This document shows, piece by piece, positions 1 to 10,890 of a DNA stretch of 64,000 bases; within the stretch, counting starts at the first letter, position 1; each line of letters opens with the position of its first letter. The notes below the pieces were generated by a model. The model was given only the letters and a program-made list of their open reading frames with translations, was not told the DNA's origin and ran no database searches. The DNA is from Antedon mediterranea. Taxonomy: Eukaryota > Animalia > Echinodermata. The stretch lies in assembly GCF_964355755.1 (NCBI RefSeq), contig NC_092680.1, positions 3,968,001 to 4,032,000 of the forward strand, written 5' to 3'. The position numbers were made by a program, and so were the translations under genes.

Positions 1-236
1 CGTGTTTGGAATATCTTTCGTCGGTTTTACGCCTTTTATTGCAACACTTCCACCAGGGTAGTTTATTGTACCAGCTTTAAGACCCTGGTTGATTGCTGTC
101 ACCCATATTGGTTCACAAGACCCTGTGTCAAAAAACTCCGTAACATTCAGCGTGTCAAAAAATCCAGAAGTCCTATTCTTGTATTCCACATTCCAATAGA
201 CGTTATGAACTACACCATGCGACTCTTGGTATAATC
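1..236 (-). CDS. ENPP4-7-type ectonucleotide pyrophosphatase/phosphodiesterase, internal exon (continues off window)
   Basis: Manual translation after the TTAG acceptor: (G)LYQESHGVVHNVYWNVEYKNRTSGFFDTLNVTEFFDTGSCEPIWVTAINQGLKAGTINYPGGSVAIKGVKPT. Matches NPP motifs TGLYPESHGI and EPIWVTA..QG. Phase-1 join to the upstream exon. Confidence 0.9.
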
Positions 237-565
237 CTAAAACAAACCAATAAGCGGCACAGTAGAATGAAAATGTCTGAATCACGGCAGTAGAAAATAC
301 TACAATTGCCGCAGTCAATAATCACTGTCGAATAAGCGCCGCGCCGCAAGTGCACTCAAAAGAAGTAACCCATCGCCGTTGATAAGCACTGAACACTCTA
401 CTGAAACTTTCCATTATTATTAACGCTGCAACGATCATTTGATAATCTAATATTATTGTACGTACTACGATACACATGGAGTATAAACATGAGCGGAATT
501 GTACTAAGATGGGTTTTTTTTTATACTATATGCCTATTATTTGTTCATTGTTATGATTGGTTTAC

Positions 566-731
566 CTGTAGATATCGTTGTCATACTCGCTGAAGACAGG
601 GTAACAAACGAACCGTCCATCCAATCAGCTTTCACTCCGGTGTCTTGGATATTCTTAAAATGTGGCAAATCGAGTCCATAATGATCCCATCTCATTCCAT
701 CTGATAGTACGACCAGCACTTTGGACTTTTC
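566..731 (-). CDS. ENPP-type phosphodiesterase, exon with first metal-ligand Asp and nucleophile loop
   Basis: AATAG acceptor, then EKSKVLVVLSDGMRWDHYGLDLPHFKNIQDTGVKADWMDGSFVTLSSASMTTIST-G, then GTAAA donor at 565. Corresponds to the NPP motifs ISxDGFRxDY and PTKTFPNHYxIxTG. Confidence 0.9.
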
Positions 732-803
732 CTATTAAATGTACAGGTAAATAATTTGGATTATAAATAAGTGCACAAATAGTGAGAAATATTTGAATAT
801 TAC

Positions 804-887
804 ATGGCACGATGTTAAAGTTAGCAAAGCGCGCCTGCGTACGCCCGGTCATGTTGTTCTGAAAAGGCCCAACACCGTACTTTTCAT
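804..887 (-). pseudogene. Probable ENPP signal-peptide exon interrupted by an in-frame TGA
   Basis: ATG at 887 reads MKSTVLGLF-RTT*PGVRRR-ALLTLTSCH, then GTAATA donor at 803. A 72-nt phase-0 intron joins in frame to EKSKVL. Removing 831-860 leaves a clean signal peptide. Confidence 0.55.
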
Positions 888-1708
888 ATCTACCTAAGGT
901 ATAAACAGTGCTGGCCCGGGAACAAAAAAGATTTTACCAGAAAGTTTGAATTACAAGCTAATAAACCCGGAAAATATTGTGTATGATAATAAAATACTAA
1001 TGTTTATTTAAACGGGTGGGTTCATAGTATTCAATACGAAATAATCATTAAAAAAAATCGGCCATTTTAAACTCATCTTACCAATTGTAAAATGGTATAC
1101 TGTAGGCCTATATTCCGTCTTTTTAAATGCAACAAAAATACCCAACTATATCATGATTATTATACACTATTTGAATTATAGTTTTTAAACCTGTCAATGT
1201 TTGCAAGTCATGGAAAATTAGATTCTTTAACACTCGGCCTTCTGTACCATCAGAAAAACAATTTCAATCATAACGTGGGTTGTTTTCATGCAACGGCGTA
1301 TCAATGCTTTTAAAATGATATAGCTGTTTTATGATATTTAAACCCTGTAACTAACCTTGTAGAATGATTCTAAGAAAGAATATGAACAAACAGTTTATGA
1401 TTATGGATTAGGACTAAGGTAATGTCAATGGACTACCACAATAAACACCGGTGACAAAAAAGAAATAAAGAAAGAGGAAAACTAAACAAACCCTATTGTT
1501 GCAGAGTTTGATGTCATGAACAACCCGAATTGAAACATAGAAAAAGAAGAATACACTAAAAAACTGCACAATGAATGCACACTGAACTTGAAATCAATAC
1601 TATTTTTTATGTTATATGCTCTGCATTTTCCCTATTATTATCATTTTTGAAAAGCTACCATTCACGGCACTTTATGCGATTTTCCATTCAACGAATCAAT
1701 TGAATGTT

Positions 1709-2030
1709 GAATGCAGCTTTATTCATACATGTAGGTTACCCAGTGCTATGCACTCTGTCTTAAATAAATACGATGTTACGAAACAAGAGGGAATGCAGCT
1801 TTATTCATACTTGTAGGTTACCCAGTGCCATGCACTCTGTCTTAAATAAATACGATGTTACGAAACAAGAGTGAATGCAGCTTTATTCATACTTGTAGGT
1901 TACCCAGTGCTATGCACTCTGTCTTAAATAAATACGATGTTACGAAACAAGTGTGAATGCAGCTTTATTCATACTTGTAAGTTACAGTGTTATGCACTCT
2001 GCCTGAAATAAACACGATGTTACAACTCAA
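1709..2030. repeat. 82-bp tandem repeat, about 4 copies
   Basis: GAATGCAGCTTTATTCATAC... starts at 1709, 1791, 1873 and 1955. Confidence 0.95.
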
Positions 2031-2677
2031 GTTAACTACATTATTAAATGTCTATTTAGATTATAAATATTCATTGTAAATATAAAGCTTGTCAGCGGAT
2101 GACTTACTATAACCTTGTCGGAATACGTTAATTGAACATTAGCAATTAGCAACAGTGGTATAAAGTGTAAGCCTATTATTGTTTTCATTTCAACGTGTCT
2201 GTGCCGACCGACAACCCATCAACAAGAAGCAAAAACACGTGACAGCGAAGCAACTGCAACAACAGAAACGAAATGCAGGGTGGTGGCCAGCGATGAAAAC
2301 AACATTATGCTAGGTGGCAGCACAAATAAATGGATGGAATAAATCGGAGGTCACATTTGCAATTAGTAGCATTTTAAAATGAATATAGAAAGATAGAAAG
2401 AAAGAATAAAGAAGAAACTATAAGAAAACTCTGCTGATGCTGACTGAGTAAATATGGTATTTTACAGAACCCAGCCACCAAACTGGAAAAGACTTATACC
2501 TAAACCATTTCCTAATATTATACTGGTCGTTTTAAACAAAAATGGTTTATTTTTTTTAATCATAATTATTTGTTTCAACGGAGTAAACAACAGAACTAAA
2601 TTAAAAAACAGTAGTGACCACTTTTGTTTATTTAAAAAATATATAATACATAATGTACAGATATACATATCAATTTA

Positions 2678-2716
2678 GACAGTACTGTTTCGATCGTATT
2701 AGATCTCGTCAGTGCC
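2678..2716 (-). ncRNA. Minimal type I hammerhead ribozyme-like motif (Penelope/retrozyme type), stem I weak
   Basis: Minus strand reads CTGACGA-GATC-taatac-GATC-GAA-ACAG-ta-CTGT-C: intact CUGANGA/GAAA core, 4-bp stem II, palindromic stem III and a GUC site. Only 1 bp of stem I is visible. Confidence 0.6.
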
Positions 2717-3022
2717 ATAATACTATAACAAAATGAACATTACTTTTATTAATCTATTAATGATAATAAATAGTTTTTAAAACAAAAAAATATTCAATTA
2801 ACTAAGCTGGTATGGAATGTTTGATATCACGATAGATATAATATATAATTCAGGTAATCACCGTCTGTTTGTTGTGTGCGGCTTTCTTCAATCTCGGTTG
2901 TCAACTTTAACACATTATAGAAAAATGTTCTTTTAAATGAACCAATATCATAGAAACGCATCGTATAGATTATTTCCTATGTGTAAACATGAATATCGTT
3001 TAATCGGTTTCATTTCCAATGT

Positions 3023-3502
3023 TTATTCTAGTCCTGAATCGGGTTTGATTTTTTCCCGAATTACTTTCATGCATATAACTGTAACGTGATTGATAAACTC
3101 TAACAGAACAGAAGGCATTGTTTCTAATTGTTTGCTTTCAGCTTTTTCGAAGATACACCAACGTGAAAAGTGTTCACAATTGTTGGTAAACAGATTCCAA
3201 GTGCTGTCATTGAACTTCTTTCCAACCCAGGACATAGCTCTTTCAACAACTTCTTCACGATCGATATCATCTGGACAAGTTATCACCTCCAATTTATCCG
3301 TATCATCTCCTGCGAACTCGTTTAGTGATGATATTCTTACGGTGGCGGTTTGAATAGATTCTACAATTCCAGGCTTGTCACCACGGAAATGTATAACGTT
3401 TTCACCATCAAAAATGCCAGTGTGCTTGTATAGTAGGAATTCGCAGAAAACTCTTCCACTTAAAACGATATCACCTTTTCTTAATGTTGCAATGTGTATC
3501 AT
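3023..3502 (-). CDS. PLAAT/HRASLS/LRAT-family phospholipase A/acyltransferase (permuted NlpC/P60), copy 1, intronless
   Basis: 159-aa ORF with KGDIV, YKHTGIF (His), VIHF (His) and NNCEHF (catalytic Cys) motifs. Confidence 0.9.
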   Translation of the reverse strand: MIHIATLRKGDIVLSGRVFCEFLLYKHTGIFDGENVIHFRGDKPGIVESIQTATVRISSLNEFAGDDTDKLEVITCPDDIDREEVVERAMSWVGKKFNDSTWNLFTNNCEHFSRWCIFEKAESKQLETMPSVLLEFINHVTVICMKVIREKIKPDSGLE

Positions 3503-3984
3503 TATTACAGGTTGTGTATAAAAGTGTTTTCTAAGTTGTTTAATATTGTAGTCAGATTTACCGCTAGTAGTTGCTGAAATTGCTCAAAATCGTTTGGTGA
3601 TTCCGTCACCATAGAAAGTTAGGCAACCATGTTATCTGAAGCCACCAGGATATTCCTACTGTACTTCACAGAACTTGTCCAATGAAATTAGCGAATTGGA
3701 TCTTGAAAAGAAATTACCAATAAATTTTATTATTTTATATTTTAAGCTGATTTTCTATTTCGTTTTGCGCACGCTCAGAAACAAATGAGCATATGCAAAT
3801 TTTAGCTTTTACTTGATATGTGCGTCATAGATGCGTGACGCGTGTATCGTAAAAAAAAAAAAACCAAAAATAAATCGTCTACTCAGAATGGGAGCAATAT
3901 TCCATATAACACACTTATAAAAGTATATAAGCTTAATAAATTGATAAAATCTACGAATTTAGCAGTTCTTATCTTATCAAAAGA

Positions 3985-4099
3985 TGGAACCGGTTTGGAC
4001 GCAAGACCAATCACAATCGGCAGTTCAGACGATCAATTCCGCTGTGATTGGTCAATCAAATAACTTACGTTGCACTTACATCCAAGTTGAGAACAAGCT
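3985..4099. mobile_element. Degenerate MITE family B copy
   Basis: GACCAATCACAA...GTGATTGGTCAA internal inverted repeat, CTTACGTTGC, and right end GAGAACAAGCTT resembling the family B terminus. Confidence 0.5.
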
Positions 4100-5228
4100 T
4101 AAATTATGGTGTTACCACAAGCAGTTGTGTATAATTCATCACCATGCAACTTTTAAAACCTTTCTACGAACAATTAAAAAATCTTACCTAGCTTAGGCCG
4201 AAAAAATAACTTTATAATCGATCGTATGTTTCTTGCTTTCCACTTTGTTTGCGTTATCAAAACAAAATATAGTACAGTATAACTGAACATATCAAGCCTC
4301 GAATTTCGTTATAAACTTAAATAACACAGAAAATAGGAAAAACGATTGGTTATATAATACTATTAATTTTGTTACTGTAATTTTCATAGAAATTGAATAT
4401 AGTTTCTGTGAATCACCACACACAAATGCACATTGTTTTGTAGTTGTACTACAACATCAGGGTTCTTGAACTGGGAAGGAATTTATAGTTTCATATAGCT
4501 TCATACTATTATTACTAGTAGTACTAAGAAAACCAAGCGCCCTCAATAACACCGAGGTGACGTCAACATTTCAAAGTGTAAACAGTCGAATTTTGCGAAA
4601 CGAAGTTAAGTACAACTGTTTGTTTGTACTTATTTCCTCTATTGAATTAGAAAAGAAAAGAAATAATTTGTGTAAACTCATAACAAATTCTGTTCTTTTT
4701 TAAAAATTCTCATTTTAAGTGTGTCTATATACCGAATAAATAACAAATAAATAAAAAAAAAAACATCACTTATTTCAAAATAAAAACACAAAACAGATAC
4801 TTACAGAACGAACACACATTGATGATATTTAGTATACATGTCACTCTTATTGGAATAAGTTACCTCTCTCAATCTTACTAAGATCATTTAGGATTTAAAA
4901 TTGCCTATTATTTATTACTTGATTGTAGAAATTATTAATGCTCAATATCTTACACATTATTGTTTGTATGTCAAATTATTGATGTTGGTATATCAGCCAT
5001 TTAATTTATTCTTCTAAATTTTATTGTTTTAAAACTAGACTTGACTAACTTTAGTTTGCTTTGTATAGTTAGAATTATTCATTATTTGATGAAACATACT
5101 AGCAAAGATACCCGGAGAAGGTACCACTACTATACTATTACTACTACTACCACCACTCCATGTATCATGGATAGTGGAAGTAGGAAACATGTGTATAACG
5201 AACATTCGTACAAATTATTTCCTTCTAA

Positions 5229-5372
5229 AGCTTGGTTCCCACTAGGACGAAACGCAACGCAAGCGTGTTAACCAATGACAAGCGACAGTTCGAATAATCC
5301 ATCGCTTGTGATTGGTCATCTCACTTACGTTGCGTTACGTCGTTGTGTTGCGTATCTAGTGGGAACCAAGCA
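5229..5372. mobile_element. MITE family B (TIR AGCTTGGTTCCCACTAG), probable PIF/Harbinger-type
   Basis: AGCTTGGTTCCCACTAG...CTAGTGGGAACCAAGC terminal inverted repeats (TIRs) flanked by TAA/TTA, with an internal CCAAT/ATTGG inverted repeat. Confidence 0.85.
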
Positions 5373-6193
5373 TTAATTTTAGATATAGATATACTGTTTA
5401 AAGTTTGTGTGTAAAAAGTCATGAGATAATAATAATAAAAGTCAGAAAAACACAATATACAATGGTAAGAAATTTACATTCCACCGATGCAGTGATGCAT
5501 CATTTTTTCTTCTAAAAAATTGTGTAGATATTTAATGGCAGTTGGTTGACCATAAGTACATTATCATTTTCAATCCCATAATACCAGAGTATTTACTGCC
5601 GTTCACACAAAAAAAGGAAACCGCATCAAATAATCATTCAATCTTTTTGTAATGAGTTACCGTACCTTTTTATCTAAACACAACAGAAGTCATATTCTTT
5701 TTGACGAACAAAGTATATCTATTAGGCATATATGTCTGTGTAGATTGACTGCGAAGTGATATACCTTATTTTTAGAAATTTAATTAAGATTTTGAGGAAT
5801 GTTGAAATTATGTAATTATATAAACTTTTGGGGAAATCCAGGAAAATGGTATAGCGCATCATCTCTAATTAAGATTCAATACGGAAGGATAGTAACAATC
5901 AACTTAGGTCCGCTACTGCAAACAATATCCGTATCCTTAATATAATGGCACTAACATGACATATTATGCCAATTTGGTACACCAAAGTACGGTATTACAA
6001 CCAGCTGACAATAAAAACATAAAATCATCATATTCCTATACTGCGCAGAAACTTATTTGAGTAAAATATAATAGAGTGAATTTCCTAGAAAATTCTATTA
6101 AATAAAACATTGATTTTAAGCTTTTCCACAGGAACGAAGCACAAGAATTGTAACTTGTGATTGATCATGTGACTTCAGTCCAAACTTTAGTTT

Positions 6194-7514
6194 GTAGTGG
6201 GGAACCTAAAGTAATTCCGTAAGATTTTAATGCTCAATTTAAGTTCTTGGCAGAATCCTTAGGACTAGTGGAATTCATTGCAACCAATTTTTCCCGACCC
6301 ATTTTGGCCACCATCTTTGATTTCAAAATAGCCCCCATTTTCTACTCAAAACTGATAGTAGCTCCTATTTTAAACCACGTACGAACGTAATTTGTGTGAA
6401 AAATCTTACAATATTATGAAAAAGCAGTCCAATGGTACAATTTATATTAATAGCATATGGCAACCATATTGGATTTCAAGATGGCCGCCATTAAAAACGT
6501 ATATAATGTACGCATTTATGTATTTATTCATCAAATTATGGCTGCCATATGCTATTATTATAAATTGTACCATTGGATTGATTTATCATAATATTGTTTT
6601 TGTCTTATGTAGGTTCGAACCACTTTCATCAATAAAATGTTCGTTTACAATGCATTGTACTTGATTAATGTAATATTATAATACAACTGACATTGAATAA
6701 CTTTCAATACATCTTATATCTCACTCCTATCATTGCATTTTTATATATAATAGTAAGAAAAAAAAAATATTTTTCTCTATTTTATACACTTTTACATTAC
6801 TTAGTGCAACAAGTAAGTAAACCTGATGCACTATGTCCAGTGTTTAATCCTTGACAATGTATACCGTATAATTTAGCACAGAATTCTTTTGTTTTATAAC
6901 GCTTTTTATCTCTTTCATGCAATCAAAAAATAGTTATATTTTACTTTACCTAAATATCAATTTTATCAATTTTTTTTCGTGACTATTTATAATTTTCAAC
7001 GAAATAGCTTGATGGTGAAAGAACAGAAGGTCTGATATCGGCGTCACTAACATCACCATGTTTGTATAATACATATAATTTTATAATATTATATTTATAT
7101 AAATCAGTCCAATGGTACAATTTATTGTAATAGCATATGACAACCATATTGGATTCCAAGATGGCCGCCATTAAAAAACGTATATAATGTATGCATTTAT
7201 ATATTTAATCATCAAAATATGGCTGCCATATACTGTTATTATAAATTGTCCCATTGGACTGATTTACCGTAATATTGTTAGATCTGTCACACAAATTACG
7301 TTCGTACGTGGTTTAAAATAGGAGCTACTATCAGTTTTGAGTAAAAAATGGGGAACATTTTGAAATCCAAGATGGCGGCCAAAATAGGGTCGGGAAAATT
7401 GGCCCCAGTTGCAATGAATTCTACTAGTGCTAAGGATTCCAAAACTGCCAAGAACTCAACTTTAGCATTAAAATCTCACAGAATTGATATTTGGAACATT
7501 AGGTTCCCCACTAC
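6194..7514. mobile_element. Foldback-like non-autonomous DNA element, about 1.3 kb, with long inverted arms
   Basis: GTAGTGGGGAACCTAA at 6194 mirrored by TTAGGTTCCCCACTAC at 7514. Arms share GTTCTTGGCAG/CTGCCAAGAAC and CTCAAAACTGATAGTAGCTCCTATTTTAAACCACGTACGAACGTAATTTGTGTGA with its reverse complement. Confidence 0.85.
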
Positions 7515-8389
7515 TATGGCAAACTTCGAGTAAGCCTGTTTGGAAAAGTTTGTGTCCGTCTACACCAGTTACATTAATTTTCTTTTTTTTTCTTGCTCCA
7601 ATACTATAGAAAATTGATATTCGTTATTTAAAAATTCCCAAAAAAGAAAACCTACTTCGGATCGGAAATTCAGTATAATTTACATGTAACAAAAACGATA
7701 AATGAAAGGAAGTTACAGGTTAAGATGATCTATTTGTTCTGGTTGATATTTGAGATGCTATCACTGCTAAGTAAATATTAATTTAAATCTTACAAAACCA
7801 AGAGCATTAAGCGATAACCGGTAGCGGAAAGGTGTGACCGCACCGGAAAAGTAAAAAGCATATGAACTCAGAGGAAACAGAAGATAACCGGTTAAAGCAT
7901 ATTGCCCCTCATTCCGTTTCACGAGAGAAAGTGTTCCCTAACCAAATTGGTTTATTCTCTCAAGTATACTTTAAAAAAAGTATTTTGATATTTTAATGAA
8001 GAAAGTATGAAAACAAACATGGAGATTTCTATCTTACTTTCCCTTGACCGGCTTCAGATAACGCAAATTAAGCATCTAGTGAATTACAAGCGAAATATTT
8101 GAACTGAATAAAAAATTTCACTTCACTTCATTAAAATCGGTGCCGCGGTCAAGAGAGCGTTGAATCCGAGAAAATTCTGTAAATTGGAAACTTAATTTTT
8201 CTTTTACTTCCTCATGGTCAAGGCTTTGATATAGCAAAATTGATACTTGCTTTCATGACGCTGATAACATCAGAAATTGATTTTAGAACACTTCAACGGT
8301 AAATTCCACCGGATGTCACCGCCGTTCTTTGAAAACAGGACAGTGTCGAAAAAAAGTTCTACTTTATTATGGAAAGTATAATATAATAT

Positions 8390-8787
8390 TTATTTATTTT
8401 ATTTTATTTTATGTCTTTAGGCAATGTGGCCAAGGATTACCAATAGTGAATTAATCACTGTCCTATCAGATAGGTGATAATCCCCCTGATACAGGGGCTA
8501 TTGTGTGAACCAGTTCACCGGGGTAATCCCCTACTCTTTTTCGAATAATGGACTGGGTTCTTTAAAGTACACACAGGTTATAACTGTGTACACTGGACCT
8601 ACGGTTTATAGTCCTTATCCGAGAAGACTCGTTCTACCACCAGAACCATGGAGCGAGTCGGCCTCAAACCCTTGCCGATGTTGTTGTTGGCTCTTTAGGT
8701 ACGGTAAACGGCGCCCCTGCCTTAACCGCTCGGCCAAATGACTCGCTCGGCCAAATGACTCGCTCGGCCAAATGACTCGCTCGGCCA
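8390..8787 (-). mobile_element. tRNA-derived SINE with Deu/Nin-type central domain
   Basis: Minus strand: A-box TGGCCGAGCGG, B-box-like GGTTTGAGGCC, core TCTCGGATAAGGACTATAAACCGTAGGTCC...TAAAGAACCCA...TTCGAAAAAGAGTAGGGGATTACCCCGGTG resembling the DeuSINE/AmnSINE core (from recall), and an A-rich tail. Confidence 0.75.
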
Positions 8788-8826
8788 TAATAACGGAAAC
8801 TGAAAACTACCAGCTTTAATAACTAA

Positions 8827-8981
8827 ATCTCTGTCTACCCTATCAAAAGTTTATGTGACAAAAATGTGATGTGCCCATATGGACATGATGATGTCATATC
8901 ACTACCATATTTGGACACATCACACTTTTTTCCTAGACACTTTCTTACATTATCAAACTAGTTTGATAGTGTAAGAGAGCG
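8827..8981. mobile_element. MITE family A (TIR AGCTCTGTCTACACTATCAAAC), diverged copy
   Basis: CTCTGTCTACCCTATCAAA...GTTTGATAGTGTAAGAGAGC with internal TGTGATGTGCCCATATGGACATGATGATG. Confidence 0.8.
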
Positions 8982-9158
8982 TAATACACTCATGCCTACA
9001 GTCTCTGGGTATTTTGTTTTAATTCTCAAATTGAATTAAATTATATTTCTGTCAAACAATGACAGGATATTATTTAATATCCGGAAATTATCTATTGAAA
9101 TTCATAATGAATATAAAAGTACTTTGTACTTCTATTTTAATAATTAAAAGTATTGTAA

Positions 9159-9318
9159 AGCTCTGACTACAATATCAAACTAGGTTGAAAGTGTGATGTG
9201 CCCTAATATGGTACGGTAGTGATGCCCATATATGGTAGTTGTATGACATCATCATGTATATGTATTGGCACATGATTCACATTGTTTGTCACATAAATTT
9301 GATAGTGTAGACAGAGCT
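9159..9318. mobile_element. MITE family A with TAA target-site duplication
   Basis: TAA-AGCTCTGACTACAATATCAAAC...TTTGATAGTGTAGACAGAGCT-TAA. Confidence 0.85.
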
Positions 9319-10849
9319 TAATTAAGGCAAGTCGTCGAACTATTTGATTTATTATGTTATACATCACTAATCATCAATATTTCAACATTAACAATACTAA
9401 CATTTAATAAACTTTTACTTTGTTTTTTGTCATATTATGTTCAATGAAATGAAAGAAAATGTAGTTGATTCTTTATCATGTTACGCATCATGTGACTGGC
9501 CTAAAGTTCAGCATCTCAAGGGAACACCTGTTTTTTTTATATGAGACCAATATTTATATGCCATTTTGACATAAATTATTTACTATTATGTAACTATGAT
9601 GCCAACATAACCTTGTTATTGCATCATATTGGTTAAATAAAGATCTTGAATTTTCCATCGATGACTCTAACATTTTCTAAACCCATATTATATGGAGGAG
9701 AGGAAGGAGTTGTTTTTGTAGTGGAACAGGCTTGGCTTTGATTTGAAAAACGGATACATCGATGATGGTACCCTTTTCTGGTATTTTTTCACCATAGTGA
9801 TCTAGTTGGTTAACAGTGTGACGTCATAAGAATACCAATTTATTATTTTCTCTCAAAATACAAATTAAATTTACTATAATTATGTTTATTGGTACGATCT
9901 GGTATTATATTTTATTATTTATAAATTGAATAAACACTATTCGAGCAACAAAACGTGACCGAATTGGTCAGATGTTTTGCCCTACTCTGACGTAATTTGT
10001 ACTTCATACTAAGTACATTATACTTCAAATAGGGCAAAAACATCTGACCAATTACTGAACTCCCTGACGCAAACCTACTCCACAGTTCAATACGGTACAA
10101 TTACAAAAAGTACCGTAACCTCTTAGGTTCCTTTACCCCATATTGCGATGTAATTGACGGAAGTGGGTATCAGCGACGCGTGAAAGTAGTGGTTCATGGG
10201 TGCATATTTGTACTATTTTCAAACATCATTACTACAATGTTTTTGTTTTGGAGGTGTGACATCACCATCACACAAACCGCAAAATCGAAAGTTGAACTAC
10301 CGGTCATCAACAGCAAATACGGTAAAGATATCAATGACGATAACAATAATACTGAAATATTATATTAATAATTTAACAAAAATTACTGTATGTTTTACAT
10401 GTCTTGTGACTTTTTATTAATATTCATAATGTACATTTTAAATGTGTATATTCATTATTCATATGTTTGGTCAAGGCAATTACACTAAAAATACATACGA
10501 AAAATGTATCTATTAATATAAGTATAAATAAAAAATATAAACTGTACAAGGTAAAGCCACTTAGTCAAGAGATTTTGTTGGACATAAATTCTTATACATT
10601 TTTATACAGCTTACCTATACAGCATTATAATGTAACGGTATGTATTTCTTATTAGAGGTCTAACCATGGAGAAATAAGTTTGTTATTTCTGGTCTGTTAT
10701 TTATTTGTATTTTTTTATTTGTTTAAATTCTTTTTTTGTTATTGTTTATTAATTTTCTTCATTTAATTATTATTAGCCCTCAATTAGCATTTCCTGTCAC
10801 CAACTTTGGTGCTTAGTGCATAGTAATTATTATTGCTTTGTATTAACTT

Positions 10850-10890
10850 GATCTTGAAAATGGTTCTATGATGGTACCGAAACGTCGATC
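10850..10890 (+). ncRNA. Minimal type I hammerhead ribozyme-like motif, U3-A8 variant (Penelope-like element end)
   Basis: GATC-TTGAAAA-T-GGT(tctatgatggt)ACC-GAAAC-GTC-GATC: stem I GATC/GATC, core UUGANAA, stem II GGT/ACC, and minimal palindromic stem III GAAACGUC. Confidence 0.55.

Noticed and set aside
2221-2306. Minus-strand MLFSSLATTLHFVSVVAVASLSRVFASC as an alternative ENPP signal exon
   Set aside because: No strong phase-0 donor before its stop; the 804-887 candidate fits better.
3090-3353. Plus-strand ORF duplicated at 16809-17108
   Set aside because: Antisense shadows of the two PLAAT genes.
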